Assembly: GCF_000150275.1 (NCBI RefSeq)
Contig: NW_002060946.1
Span: forward strand, 6,863,855-6,927,854
Source: Trichoplax adhaerens
Taxonomy: Eukaryota > Animalia > Placozoa
DNA length: 64,000 bases
Direction of reading: 5' to 3'
Translations under genes and position numbers: made by a program
Notes under the pieces: generated by a model
What the model was told of the DNA's origin: nothing
Seen by the model: the letters and a program-made list of their open reading frames with translations, nothing else
The model's database searches: none
In this document: positions 1 to 22,800 of the stretch, in pieces
Numbering within the stretch: position 1 is the stretch's first letter
Layout of the letters: the number at the start of each line of letters is the position of its first letter

Positions 1-3000
1 GGCAATATGGACTATCAACAGTCAATAACGCTGTAATTTTTCTGTATAGTTATAATCAACTAAATCCACCAGAAGGACCAACTTAAAATCTTACAGACTT
101 TGAAATATGGATATGACCATACTGAAAGTCTATTAGTCAACGATATACCGAACTTGAAATGATTTAGCAACTCCATAGTTTAAATCGTACCACTGTAGTC
201 AAATTATCCTCAGTCCATGACCACTATTTCGTTATTATCATGACCAATAATTAATTAATAGGGATACTACTATATTATTGATGTCATATTATTTTCGAGT
301 TTGATCCCCTTTCAATTAATTTTACTATTAGGAATGCCCTTAGAAGGAAAGAAAACTAGTAAATGTTACAGATATGTTATAAAAACTAGTCGTTCAAACT
401 AATTTATTGCTCATTGATTACCACCGATATTAAGTCTTTTTATTATAGAGACAGTACAGATATTAGTTGAATTGTTGAATACTACACGTTTTCAATCATC
501 AATTCAAAATAGATAAATTGGAAACATTTTGTTGATAAACATTAGCAATGAAATTCCAGTTTGGTGGACGGGCTTCAATTCTCAATCTTGCTATGATATT
601 TGAAGAATCGAACAACTACAGTTTAATAGCTTAAATTATTTCTTCATTTTTTCGTTAAAATACTGACGTATAATACTGTACCATAAGTAAGCGTCCCTAA
701 TGCGCATACTAACAATAAGTTCAAGTAGATGATATCCTTATCAATATCTAGATCTACGAAATAGTGATATTGTACTTGACTAAATTATAATGAATAGACG
801 ATTTGACGATTCAATCGTCTCAGCAAAGATTTTATCTCTGCACGACCAATATAACAAGATTGAGGTAAAGCCGTAACATGAATATCTGCATAATATCGAG
901 CCATTAATGTTATTACTATTTTATTTTTGAATTCTATTAATTATGACAACTAGAGAAAAATTGATTTTCAGTCAATAGAATTTTTCCTCAATAATTTCAC
1001 AACATAATATTATTTTTTTAAATATTATTTAAGGGCAATATAGTTCTATTTTTATGATTTTTTATATGTATCCTAGATTATTTGGCAAGATCTGATTATT
1101 AAAATATGGAAAATATTGCCGATTACCTCTTCATATCTTATCTTTTATCCTACCGTGTCTACAATATTATCCATTGTTAATTCATCAATTGATTACACTA
1201 CTATAATTAATATTAGTTGTGCTGTTTTCATAATGGATAAAATTGATTCATTGCATTTACTCGTAATAAAACAATAATAATAACGTGCCAATCTCTGTAT
1301 CTGGTAGTTTGCAGTTAATTTGTTTAAATTATACAATAATATTAGGATTTGGAAAACAATCCTCATCTTTCTTTACTGTCAAGAGTAAGTCTTCCTTGTG
1401 TTGGCTTATTTTTTACTACACTAATGATTGTCTGTATGCTACATGTTAAAAACAAGAATAAAATAATCAAATGTAATGCAGTTAAAAATAATTGTTTATG
1501 TTCTGAAATACCATTTCGTAATAAGGTTAGTAAATGGACCCAGCTTGCAGTAAATTGTTACATAGAACTCAGATATACAAGGGTTAATAAGAATAAAGAT
1601 AATTGGAATAATTCTGAAGGATAAGGACTAGCTTGGAAAAGTAGGGTTATTTCTTACCGAAATTATGTATTGATTGTTATCCTTGTACCGTTCATGAACA
1701 TAGCCTAGATGAGACTACTTAAATTACCCTTTATTATTATTGGTAGTTAGACATCTAAGATTCCTAAACTAGACGATTAATATTACGATGTAAGTGATTA
1801 CAGTGTAGATTAAAAATTCAATTGCGTCAACGTCAAGATCTACAAAAGATTTGTATGATCATAGCAGCCTTAATAAGTATGCATAAAATCCTGCTAAAAC
1901 ACTTTCCGGATAATGTTACATCATGTTAAAATCGATTTATAATATAATGTAGAATTTGACTATGAATTTGTAACCTAATATACAAGCATAGCAATTAGGA
2001 TGGCAATATTTCACCTGACTAGCTAGAATGATTGGAATAAATGAGAATATAAATCCATTAAAATTTTACAAGGGGTCAAAAGCAAATTATTTAAACGGCG
2101 ATTGCATATATTTTCACTAAGTATCGGTATCCTAACCAAATAATGCTAAAAATCTAAACTTAGATTGTTGTAAATATTTGAAGGAAAGTTTCAAGGCTAC
2201 TTAAAATGTTTTGTCGTTAAACGTAATTTTTTTCTGTAGTCCATATTAATCTTTTAAATTATAGGACGAGCAAGCCTAATTATTCAGAGTAGAGAAATTA
2301 TCAAAGCATAAAAAATTAACTACAGCGAATGAATTACGGAAAAATAACCCTAAAGAAGCCAAAATCGTTAGGTTCATATCTTGAATAGTATGGAGATTTC
2401 ATTTTCTACATTGTCTTAAAAATTGTTTTATTTTATGTCACTACGACTTTCCTTCAGTCATTTGTTTTTTCACGATCCTAATAGGGAAGATTTTAATGGG
2501 CTTTTGAGTGAAGTGCATATCTATCGTTACGTACATATCTCTATAGAATTAATAATAAATATATTCTTCAAGTGCTGATAAAAATTTCAGGATTTCTTAG
2601 AAATAATAAATTAATCTTATACAATTAAGTCAATTCTTAGCTTCGTGCATAATATGTTAAGTATTATTACAATAGCATGTACCTTATTAATGTTTAATTT
2701 ACTAATAATGACTTTATGATTTCTAAGGATAAAGTTGAACTTATCCATTAAAGTATTATAAAAATTTTATGCTTCTAATAACAAGTCATTAAAGGACAAT
2801 CGAATTAAAGGTTTCGAGAATTAGTCACGCCAATTTTCTATAACCTTATAGATGATACTCTTATATGATGATGATGCTGACTAAAATTATGAGAACTCGT
2901 ACGGAATAAACACTTTAAATGCTTACTTAACGTTATAATATCTATTTTGAAAGGTATGAGTAAATTTTAATATTTTACCGACAGTGAATATCATACTGAA

Positions 3001-4049
3001 AGTTTAGAATATAAATTATTGAGAATTTGAGATATTCGATCATTCGGACTGTGAGCGAAACTTTAAGTGTATCAGCCATGTTATCTTTATCAATATTTCG
3101 TTACTTTTATTAATACTGCTAGTAAATTCAGTGCTAGTTCAAATTTAAAATCAATTAATTGCGCCTTATCAGTCTTAAGTCATTTCATTGTTTGCAAGGC
3201 AGGAAAAAATAATGCAGATGTATAACAAGTATAAAAGTTTTACTGATATTCAGAAGCTGATTATTTATATTTATGATATCACGAATAAGATCTGAGTCTT
3301 CGCTTCATCTCCACTAAAGTTACATAAGATATGATAATATCATATGTAACCCGTAAATATAGGTCATTAAATAATATTCTCTATATAAATTGCTCAGAAA
3401 ATATCATTTGATATATACTGTATAACTATACAATTTTAAAAAATTAGTTTGCAAATAATTCATAAATAAATTTAATAACATTCTAATTAGAACGTATTAT
3501 CTCTTATGTATATGAACGTGACCGTATGCGAAATCGGTCATTTTGCAAACTGCCCTGTATATGGGTAGACACGCGTATATACTTGTATGTACATCTAATG
3601 GAATAATGTTCTAGAAATAACAGCTTAGACAATATCATCTTTAGAAACATAAACTATTAAATTCATGAAAATAACTCGCAACTAGAATTGAAAATTATCT
3701 ATATACTGATATGCGTCCGCAAAGATAAGTCAAAAGATGCTACATTCTACAAATAAATAATTAAGAATCAAAGGTCATTTTACCAATAAACACTTTATGA
3801 TACATAAAATTATTTCTCAACCATATAGATCAAGTGACAACGTACTCATATTGTTTAATGAATAAAAATCTTCGATTATGTCATCACTCAACCTTATATA
3901 ATATTATAAGCATTTTATCGCAATGGTAGAGACTACATCATTACTAGGACCACAAATAAGTTATACATATCCGTGTGCATATAAGTGGTAGATGATCTAC
4001 ATAAATAAATAGGATAGAATATGTCATTACTCTACTTGTGTAAAGCATA

Positions 4050-4490
4050 TTGTTCATCAAGCTGTTAATTGATGACATATATGCATACCTTATACGGTCA
4101 ATGACCTATGGCAATTAAATTGCATAGACCCATCACTTTAACTTTGTATAGCTTATCATAATTATTCATCAAGCAGTTTATTTAAGATTTATAAAGCTCT
4201 GATACTTGAAACCATAAATGAGTTGTAAATATCCGTATACAGGTATATACGCGCATAAACATACGAGTATATCTTTACGGTAAATGATCGATATCTTAAC
4301 CAATAAATTACGTAGAACATTCTATTGTTTGAATTGTATAATTCATGTCATCTATCAAGCTTTCAATTGAAAATACATATGTATGCAGTATACGATAAAG
4401 GACCTATGACGATTAAATTGCATAGAATATTCCATCGTTTTTGATTCTACAATGCCTATCGTTCATCAAGTAGTTTATTGACAATTGATA
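4050..4490. repeat. Diverged direct duplication, ~300 bp period
   Basis: GACCTATG..ATTAAATTGCATAGA and TTCATCAAG.AGTTTATT occur at ~4103-4182 and again at ~4402-4479. Confidence 0.6.
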
Positions 4491-4854
4491 AAATTGCATC
4501 ATACCCTGGACCCTAAAGTATACTTTCTATCTACTCGTACACCAGAATATTATAATATAGAAGTCTATTCTAAAATAGACTGCGTAGAATGTATCATCGT
4601 TTTGTACACCTATAAAATTTGTGCTTCAAGTTATGATGCCATACCATCACTTAACAGCAAAATATTATGGCTATTTAATTGTTACAAGGATGAAAGCACA
4701 TAATCAAACTATTAATTAGGAAGAGAAAACCTTATTGATGGCTCAATAGATCTATTTTACCGGTCTCTACGCTTATCATCCTTACCATGAAATAACTGGT
4801 TAAGATTTCATTAATTCTCCATCAAGGTGATTTGGGATAGATAGACTGATCGAC

Positions 4855-4924
4855 GTTGTTATGGCAACCAAATCAATAATGGTCTTCTTCTTCTCGATGG
4901 TTACGTAATAATTTTATGACGTCA
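4855..4924 (+). promoter_or_regulatory. Putative TMEM145 promoter cluster: RFX X-box, PAR-bZIP site, CRE
   Basis: GTTGTTATGGCAAC (4855-4868, X-box-like), GTTACGTAAT (4900-4909, PAR-bZIP consensus RTTAYGTAAY) and TGACGTCA (4917-4924, perfect CRE) lie within 70 bp. They are followed by a donor-like AAG|GTATCT at 5017/5018 (possible non-coding first exon), ~1.8 kb upstream of the ATG. Confidence 0.55.
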
Positions 4925-6700
4925 AGTAAAGCCAAACTGTATCGATCATTCGATCGATTCTATCCTCCATTTGCTGAAGGATTATAGTTTTCATGCAGGA
5001 ATGATCATCACTATAAGGTATCTATGTCGTAGCTAGCGGATCAATTCTAACAAAGATGGAATTGTCCTATTTTATCAATAATTGTAGTCCTGATAATCAG
5101 CCATGATAGGCCAATTGCATGCGATAGAATTGTTTGTTTAATTAGAGGAATCAAGTCAAATTTTTTCCTCCTCATTTTACTTTTCAGTATAGGATAGGTT
5201 GAGGGACGACATCAACCGATATAAAGGAATAATCGACTAAACAATTTTTTCCAGATATTGATCTATAAGGAAAAACAATCAATTATGACGTCGTTAACTT
5301 GGATATGGAAATAAGTTGATAACGTCGATGAACGACGATCAATCATCTAGAAAACTATTGTTCTATAATGGGAAAGAACTGAAATAATGTTGAATGGTTT
5401 TATCTAGCCAAGAAATCATTGTAGAAAGAATAAACAACTTTAAAGAAGAAAGGGCAAACAAAGACAAGTATGAAAATAGGTCACATGCATTCTTTTTTAT
5501 CAAAAAGATGGTATTTATCAAAGTGGGCTGTATAGTCATCATCCTCATCAAGTAGTAGACCGACTTAGTAATCTATTTTAAGTTAATTATGATCATCCTG
5601 TTATTATCTGAATCGATGATAATTAAGTATTTCATCAGAGGTACAAAGATATGAATAAAAGATGATAGTTGCATTATGCAGTAGAATGTTATTTTCCCCT
5701 TGATTCGATTGGCTACAATCGCTTCCCGTCATAGAATAATTAACAATCTAGCATGTTGATGACTTTGCTACGATATCGCCACTCGTTCTTCTATACTAAT
5801 TTGCTGTTGATAATGACAGAAAAGTTGCCGATCATAGCCCTTATTATTACCGTTGAAAAGACATTTACTTACGATAACTTAAGCTATACTTATCATCATA
5901 TAATTTAATATGAGTTGGTGTCTTGTTTAGTTCAGTCTATACATTTGTTTTTTTCGATTACCCCTCATTTTAGAAATTGAATAAGTTAGTCTACTGTAGC
6001 AGGAATAGAAAACATTGAAAAGTAATACGGAAAAAGCTGAAAGCATCTTCAACAACATCCATTAGATACGTTGATTACTATTATTGAATTGACACGAACA
6101 AGTAACCATCGTTTTCGTCATCCAAATCATTTTCCATTGATATATTTGAAGAGAACGGGAAAAGAAATATCGTTAATTCAAGCCAAGCCCGTATTTTCCT
6201 GATTTGTTGGGGTAAGAAAATAATTTTTAAATTTGACTAGACTAAAGATAACTGTTTTGTACGGTTTAAGACAGGAAAACTTTTCATCATTGTCATGCCA
6301 CGATAGCAAGTCGTCGCTTAAAAAATAACGATAATTTTCCGTATCAAATAATTGATCGTCAGTCTTGCACTATAGATAAAAACATTCATAATTTGGATTA
6401 CTTACTTTCTACTTATGTTTTCAATAAGATGCCATAAGTAGTTCAGTCCGCCATTCATCATACTAATTTACAATTCATTTCTACTCCTCTTTGTAAATCA
6501 ATATAGATATTGGCCGAGTGGAAAGTATATAAATTGAAAGGCTAATCTTCGCATGTCATTTAAACGTGTGATTGGCTATTTGGAAAAAACTAACCTAGCA
6601 ATAGAGTAGGAATAAATACTTCAAAGGGCCAAAAGTATAGCCGATTACTCATCAGCTAGATAGAATTTACATCGATCAAGTATTAATAAAATTATTCATC

Positions 6701-14019
<7,319 letters not shown>

Positions 14020-16812
14020 AACTTAAGATATGTAACATGGAAACACAGGTTGATTCATTGCAAAAAATATTCTTGTTTTATGCCAACAAGAGTAGCAGCG
14101 GATCAATTTTGGAGAAGTTTTTGCGGGTCATACGAATATAAATAAGACAACAATGTAGCTATAGTTATAATATGGATTAGAGCTGAATGTATTTATGAAA
14201 AAATAGTTTTACCATACCTATTTCATCTATATCATCATAGTACAAGCTCGATGGATATATAACTATTCAAGTGTATTAAATCTATTTGATCCCACGATAA
14301 GAAAATTATGTCATCAATCTTATCCATAATAATTTGTCACGTTGTAAACTGATAAAAAGTACTGAGAAGACAGTTTTAATTGCATTTTTTTGTCATGTCT
14401 TCTACTTTGTTATGATATTACAGTTCATTTAGTGATAATTAGTAACGCAAGCTATTGAACAGTTTTGTTTCACTGGTAGTACAGCTAGCTTATAGCATAC
14501 ATTTTAGAATATAGTTATAGCAATTTTAAGCTAGAAAATGCAAGCCAATACATCTGTTTATACCGAGAACTTGATTATATATTGACTTTATCTAGATAGC
14601 AATAAGGAAAGCGTTTTAACTCATGAAGGAGTCAATTAGTACTTAATGATCCTTCTTGAATTTTTAGGTATTTAAAAATTTTAATGAATTTAATGTATAA
14701 ATTTTGGTATTTTGTGCATACTCGTTACGTTAAGTAGATTCGCCAAGGTATCAATGCCATTAAATGCCATTAGTTTAATGCTATTGCTATGCTAACTATA
14801 CATGGAGGTCTTTATGCAATAATGATTGCTAGAAATGGGCGTTAGAATGATTGTTATCATGTATTAAATTAAATCGGAGTTGGCTATAATCTATTTTTGT
14901 TGCTGAAAATGATGATGAACTTTTAGAACGGTATACATGTCACCTTTCCTGTGATATATTATAATTATAAGGAGTGTAGATGGAATTATATTTATTCTGT
15001 AAAGCAATTTTTATGACGAACGGTCGTAGCTTTTATTTCATAAATATCTCCTGATGTAATTATGACTTCTCAAATACATTTCATAATGGCTTGGTATTAT
15101 GTAATAGTTAGATGTGGTCAAGTCTCTCCCAACTTGAATCTGTCACCTCACAATATTCACTTAGATAGCTCTATAGCTATTTTCTTCAATGAAATGGCAA
15201 TGGTACAAAAATGTGACAGTGATAATCATCAAAAGATTATCTGTTGCTTTTAATTATTGTAATATGACTAATTGAATATTTTGTTTTTGTTAATATCATA
15301 ATGCTATTTCTGTGGGAACACAATAAAAAGTATATTCCTATCATAATTTATTCTTAGTCTTCAATTTTCAGAGTAAGTTAGAGAGAAAATAGCATATGAA
15401 AACTGATTGCTTCATTATAACTTAATGCAAGGATTGATCCAATTTAATCTAAATCATTAAACAATTATATTTATTTATAAATGACTTTACCTACTTATTT
15501 AGAGAAAGTAAAGTACAGTTTTATGAGACTCTTCAAATCTGGAATATCTAATTCTATATTCAACAGTCGGTAATACATAAAATCCTTGGAAATAAAATTT
15601 TATTTGTTTATTCTAGAGCAACTTGGAATCAACGTAATCATTGCTAGTAATTGTATGATGATAGTTATAAGTAAAAATTTGAAATGTTACATGACTGACA
15701 TGAGATAATCTTTTAATATATTTTAGGCACGATAGACTTCATTCTCGATGCTTTATCTTCCTTGTTATCGATGTTAATGTCAAATACAGACTGGCATAGT
15801 TATATTAGTACCCACTACTTACAACGATTGGATCTATACAATCTTATACAATTTGAAGGTGTTGTAAAAGTATACCTTGTAATATAGAATAAAACAAGAA
15901 CAAAGGGAAAAGAAAAGACAGCATTATTTCCAAACCTTGCATTGATAACATAATTTAATATCAGATTGATATAATAAATGGCTGACAGTATTGAAATAGA
16001 ACGGTAACATACAGATTTGAGAAAGTTCTTTGATCTACATAAGCATAAGCTTTATTGCAAATACAATAAACTTAAATAGCTATTTGACAACACAACCTAT
16101 CTATATTTGTTGTCTTGGTTAACCAATAAAGTCACCGAGCATAAGTATTCATATACAGTAGTAATGTTTTTAAACATCAGTCATATAATTATCATTAATC
16201 AGCAGGTATAAGCAATGGGACTGGCATAATATTATCACAGAAGTATAAAATATTATTAACAAGTTTTGGTAAAATTTAAATTTATCATATAGCCCTATAG
16301 GACTAATTCCTTACTTTACAGTATATTACAATAGACTTTAATTGCTCCTACATTTAAACCAAAGGTCACGGCCTAATGACCACGAATGGAGTAACTGATA
16401 CTTTCTTAACATAACTAAGTGTCGTCGTATCTCTCTTCCTATATATTACATTCGTACTATGCATAGTTATCTAACTCCATAAAAAATGTAGTCCATGCTA
16501 ATTTCAATTCCAATTGCAACAATTTAAGGATATACGTAGTATCGAACTATACGACAAATAGTAAAATTGTTGATAGTACATAAACTCTTTTTATCTATCA
16601 GCAATGCAAGCTGTAATGCACGGCATTCTTACTTGTACATCCTCATGCGCATTGCGAAATTATACATTATGATTTATATAACAACAGGACGGATTTTCAA
16701 AAAATTGTCTTAAATTAATATTTTGTAAAAAATTTCTATCATAACTTATGGGGTTGTCATTGTTGATTGATATGCAAATTTAACTTCCAGGTACATAGGT
16801 AGCGATGAATCC

Positions 16813-19800
16813 TTAAGGTTGAGACTCTAGTTGTAATCGAAAGATATAAAAATATGGTCAACTATTTCGGTGCTAAATATAGGGAAATATTTATTTAAGT
16901 GCTAAAAGCAACCATTATGTCGCAGATGAAACGTAATATCTTTATCTTACCATTCCTGTCCGATTCGTCAGGAGCATCCGCGTCTTCGCGTACTTTTTTC
17001 ATAACTTGTACATACATTTCATATAACTGTGAATTTGATCGCCTAGTTACGGTTGGAGGTTTGACAGCGTAATCGATTTCTTGTGTTTCTTCCGGAAAAA
17101 TTTTACTAATAATTAGCATTAACGTTTCCGAATGGGTAGCTGTAAGAGAATAAAAAGTAATATTATATGATTTGATTTGTTAAATGTCGTCAGTGTTGTA
17201 ACATTAAATGCTTTCATATCTTGCAAATAGCACAGTTAGTGTATTGGCAATGGATATGAATTAGAATTCACTTAAACTGTATATATTGAGCTTTGATTTA
17301 CACCATATTAAATACCTTTGTTTAGCAATCGCGCTACTAGCGCAACGATTACAGAACAATAATGATAATACAGATAACATAAATTAATCTCAGGATAAAG
17401 AATTCTACATTGTTAATAGTGAATGCAGTCAATTAGACGATTATACATTACAGGATCTAAGAAATCCAATTACTGTTTGTAGCTTTCAACGGATACAATT
17501 GAATTACAAAACGACAGAAATACGGTATATAAAAAAGAACTTAAAGTGGCGGATCGCTCATCAATTGGGGCTATATTTCATTGTTGAATTCAATTTATTA
17601 ACAAATTTTGAATTTAAAATTCGGACGCAAGATATAAACATAGAGACAATAATACTAATACTTACCATCCATTGGACCTTCCATGATCATAACCCATGTA
17701 TTACAAATATTTTGCTTCGTCCTTTCATCGTCTTCATCTGAACTTTTAGATAATGCAGATAGCATTGGTATGATCGTGTCGGTGACAATTTCGATCACTT
17801 CATTAACATCTTCTTCTGTTACAGCCTCCTTAAACATACGTACCACAGCTTCATTTACATTCTGTAACATTCATAAAAAATTGATATGGTTAATTTTAAA
17901 ATTTTTTTAATACATTAAAGGAGCATGGAAAGACAACGTTATAATAACCAGTAATGCCTGACGCCTATAATGTCCTATAAGGTGCTGGTCAACTGACTCC
18001 AAAGTATGATTTTCCGCACGGAATTTATCGTTAAGAACGTAAGCATAATTGAAGTGGGGTAGAGCAAAGGCATATCTAATTTTTAGTCCAATAAAAACAT
18101 GAGTTCTTCCTACCTATATATCATTGCCTGATTAATAATTACTACATTAGGTTATAATCCCAATAACTGTAGAGCATACGTACTTTGTTTGTACAAGCAA
18201 GTCCATTCCGGTCAATACATGGACATTGACTTTAAGAAAATTGTGATATTTGTCTTTCCAATCCTAATTAAAATAAGAAAAGTAAAGTATCTTATATGAA
18301 TCTCGAAAGCCATACATACAATTCGATATTAATGTAAATTTCAAACTATGTCGCATACTTGGTAATTACAATATATATCATTCGCACATATTTTCTCCCA
18401 TTTTACTTCAGCTAACTTTTGAAGACTAAAGTGTATAACAAAAATCATTGTTAGACTTGAAAGAGATAATTTTAGGTAATAGATTTAAAGTATCAAACCT
18501 AGCATTATCGCCGCAACCGTCATTGCAAGCGCTTTCAATGATAGCCCACTCAAGCATAGGACTTGACACTTTACATACAATCAGATATATACCAAAATCG
18601 ATCAACCGAATATCTTCTTTACTGTTGTCCTCTTTGCGCACTATTTCTTTAAATTGTCTTATTTTCTCCGTACACCATCGGCGGAAGGAGGCTTCTAAGG
18701 CTAAATACGTAAGAACCATTCTGTTAGTAAAAGTAGGTATTACACATTTGTTAACTCTAGGTTGACAAGTAATTAATTTTATACTTCGTTCTTCCCAATC
18801 TTTTAAAGCTTTATAAAATTTTGTATTGTGATCTCTGACAACTTCATGTAGCGCCGGGGATAATGAATCAACAATTTTGTCCTTCGAATCTAGAATGAAG
18901 TCAGGCAATAACGGAAGCAAGTGATATTGATGTCATTAATAGTGTGTTTAGAAAATAATGATATAATTTGGCTAGTGCTATGTTGTACTATGCGATTGAA
19001 TGAGGAAAAGTGCATACCTGTTTCGAAATCCCAGCATTGGACGATATCGTCACTTATATAAATTAAACAGTATGCGCTAGTATGTGATCGCCCGCCGCCT
19101 CTTGATTCACGTTTAACTTCTTCCCAAGTGACTTCGTATACTTGAACATCATTAATTTTGAGCCATTTATTGTAGGATCTCCAATAAATAAAGGCCCAAT
19201 AATGTCCACTATCGACTTGACCCGCATGCACAAGTACGGCATGCAAATGATACTTTACCTGTAGAAGGTATTTTGAAATTGCACAGCCATAAGTGAATTT
19301 TCGAAACTAAAAATGTTACACGACGCTCCTTTATGCAGACTATCATGCTATAGTATAAATAGCCAGTTACACATTACGGTCTTTACGATTTAGTAGTATC
19401 AGTTCAGCATACAGTTTAGTATTAGGTTTTATACATAATCTTAATCATTTAAACTTGCACGATAGAATGATTTTAAAAATAAATTGAGTAAACCGAAATA
19501 TTAATAGAACAGGATATTTATATACTCGTAAGTTTATAATATAACAATATGAAATAGCTGTAGATTAAGCTTATGCCTCATGCAATCTACAAACCTTGCG
19601 CATATCGTCGTCTTGGAACATCTGCTCTATAGCTTCTTCAACAGATGCAATTTTTTCTCGTAGCGCTATACCAATTTATTGCATTTTCGTAATTTGATAA
19701 AAATAAAAAATATTAGGTCGCAAGTATGGCTGCAGGTTATCAGGGAGTCTAAAATTATACACTTCTAAGACATAATAATACATATCTAAATTTGTTTACC

Positions 19801-22800
19801 ATCGACTTCTTTAGTTATTTCTGATGACCATCGCTTTATGCATTTTTCTAATGTTATCAGTTCTTCATGATCAATTTCATGATTTAGGGCAAACAAGGAC
19901 ATCGGATTTTTATCATCAATAACGAAATCCTTGTCACTATAACTTGCGGTATCTACATCCATGTCAATATTGTTCTAATGCAACGGTATGAAAAATAATG
20001 AAGTTATAAATGCTGTAAACAACGGACCTATGCATCATTATTATAGAAAGGTTTCTACTATTTTACCATACCTTAGTGTTTTCACTATCACACGCCTCTT
20101 GATCTGATGAGGCTGGGCGTTGTCTAACATCCAAAGCAAAATTTAATGTATACTGCAAAATATCTTTGATAGGCAGGCGCTTAGAATCGTTACCGAATGA
20201 AGTATATCTAAATGAAAATTAGCAAATGCAACAATAAGTGATAAAAGACTTTTTTCATTTCTTATATTGGAAGTATTTTACTTTTCAAGTTTTCGTTTCA
20301 GTTCTTTCAATTCCTTTTTTAATTTATAAACGACTTTTTGTCTTTGCGTTGTAACGTCTTTGTTAGACTCTAGAAATCTATCCAAATATCCAAATTATTG
20401 TATGCAATCTCTAATTTGAAGTTAAAATTACATGCATAATCGTATACGTCATTCTATTACGAATTTGTATCTAATACAGTCGAACTGTTTATGCAAAAAA
20501 AAATATAGTGATATGATACCTGTCCATATATAAAGTTTGTTCAAATTCCAGTAAGGAATGAATCTTTTCGGCTCTGCCAAGGGTAGAGTGAAATTCAAAA
20601 CGAGATAATTCCAGCATAAATATTGGAGGTAAACTAAGAAACCAATCCTATGGTAGAGATTGAATATTACAGATCATTAGGTCAACAGTTCTTGATAATT
20701 AAGAACAAAGATATGAGATATAGATTTATGAGGTATTTTATGAAATCAGAAATACCGTTTGATTAGTAGAGGACATTGAACCAATCATGTTCTGACGGGT
20801 ATTAACTTCCAAACATTCATAAAGTCTTGTACAGCCCTGAATTTTTAAAGGATAGCCACCGAATGTATCTTCATGCGTAACGCCCTTGCCTAAGAGAATT
20901 ATGGGTGTTTTACGGTTAAAGCAGTCAGTGTTACATTACGTTATGTAAAATAAAGAACAGCTAGATACCTTCGATTTCACTTTCGTATCGGACTTTGCCA
21001 AAGAAGAATTCGGTAATTGGATTTGTTAGTATTGATGGGCTATCATCGTTCAGCAGACTAGTAAAGGCATTTTAAGGTGTACTTTAATTTCGTTAATAGA
21101 AAATGAATGAACATTTTATAATTGCAATCGATAATGCGAGTAAAATGATTAGATAGTGTTCAAGTAAATACTCACCCAATTTTTTTCCTATATTTAATGC
21201 AAATTTCAAACGCATCTTCTAGCCACTCCAATAATTTGTGTGTAAATTCATTGACATCCTACAGTAATATTAAACATTTGTGACTAAAGCGAGCATAGAA
21301 CAAAAAATTCGGTAGTAGGGAATCCTGCGTACTAACCTGTTGTCCGCCTGAGTTTCCAGAAGTTTCCGACCTAAAAGTCTCGCTTACTTGCTACAATTTA
21401 AGTACATAGCAAACGGTGTGAATTGACACATTATTAATTATATAGGTTATAGCTAATTATAGACTAAGTACTACTTAAAAAAAAATTAAGTGCTATAAAT
21501 TTATGAATAACAAATAGGAACTATGGACGATCAGTTCTTACTAACTAATTAGATCAAAAACATGTCGTACCTTAAAATATTCATGCGGCTCGATGTACTT
21601 GCGTTCACTTCCAGCTAATAGCGCAAAAAGCGGTTGTAACTGTGCTATAAAGATGATACTACCCTAAATATTTAAAGAATTAATATTATCATACAAATTA
21701 TGCGCTAACTCTTTCATTATGCAATAAAATCACAAGAGTAGTAACAATCGTTAGTTACAATATAGGTAATGTTTACAAAGTATAGCTGATATTCAATGTA
21801 ACAACATAAGGCAGTATCTTAATGTACGCACAATGATCAATCATACCCTCGATTTTAGTGGATTACTATCTGCATAGCCACTCAATAGCATTTCCTCTGA
21901 TATTCTGTAGTCCAGGACTAGCTGGCGGACTACAGGTAAATGAAACAGCGACTACAAAATATACAAGAGGACGCATCAGTCTTATATATACACGTATAAT
22001 TATTATGGCGATTACATGAAACAATTTTAACAATAGTAACTACAAGACAGTGTTTAAATATATTCCTGAAGTTATAAGCTGTTACACATTGAAGTATTTG
22101 GATAACAGCATATTACTTCAGAATAAAATATTATTATTGCATCTCCTTTATTCTGTGGTAAGCATTTAACAATCTTTCTACAGAGATCATAGAGTGCAAA
22201 ATAATAACATACCGTATGTAGATGAAATATAACAGGACAACTGCGATCGAGATCTAGATTTACCTGTATAACAGCGTTGAACCAACAGCTGTTTCCTACG
22301 TTTTTTAATCCGACAGGAGCATCGCCACGTTTTAATTCGTAAGGATTAGGCATTCGTGAGAAGGAATCATTTCTCTTTCTCTTGGTACCATTGGAATTAT
22401 TATCAAAATAGCTAGCTTCGATTACCCTAAACAGCAGTATGTCAAAAGCATATTACGTACTTTTCATATAAAAATATCGAGCAAGAAACATAAATTTAGT
22501 GCCAAAGTTGTAATCATTACTTTAGTATTAACAAACAAATATTTAATGTTGAAGAAGTTTTGATTCTTTCTATGTTAGGAATTAGTATATTATGATAAAT
22601 AGATAACCTGCTGATATTTTGTTCTTCGATAGTACTAAGATACTGATCTGAAGAGGCCGCAGTTAAGTACTTATCAGAAGGCTACAAATAGCGGGATCAA
22701 ATCAACTCATATTACGAATTGGTTATGATAAAAGAAAGCAGATATTTGTTAATTATTACAGGAATGGAAAGGTAATGTTTTCAATTAATTAACCTGCGTT

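Noticed and set aside
3519-3540. TGACCGTATGCGAAATCGGTCA hairpin resembling group II intron domain V
   Set aside because: An isolated 6-bp stem with the wrong length and no other domains.
1-4800. Possible gene in the first 4.8 kb (ORFs 1349-1624 and 4485-4703)
   Set aside because: TTG starts, AT-biased composition and no recognisable motifs or exon chain.
16975-16992. REDADA as a tankyrase-binding motif like the USP25 C-terminus
   Set aside because: It lacks the required Gly at position 6 of RxxxDG.
17447-17456. Possible 10-nt microexon in USP25/28 (TTAG|ATCCTGTAAT|GTAT on the minus strand)
   Set aside because: The flanking exons already join in phase; inclusion would cause a frameshift.
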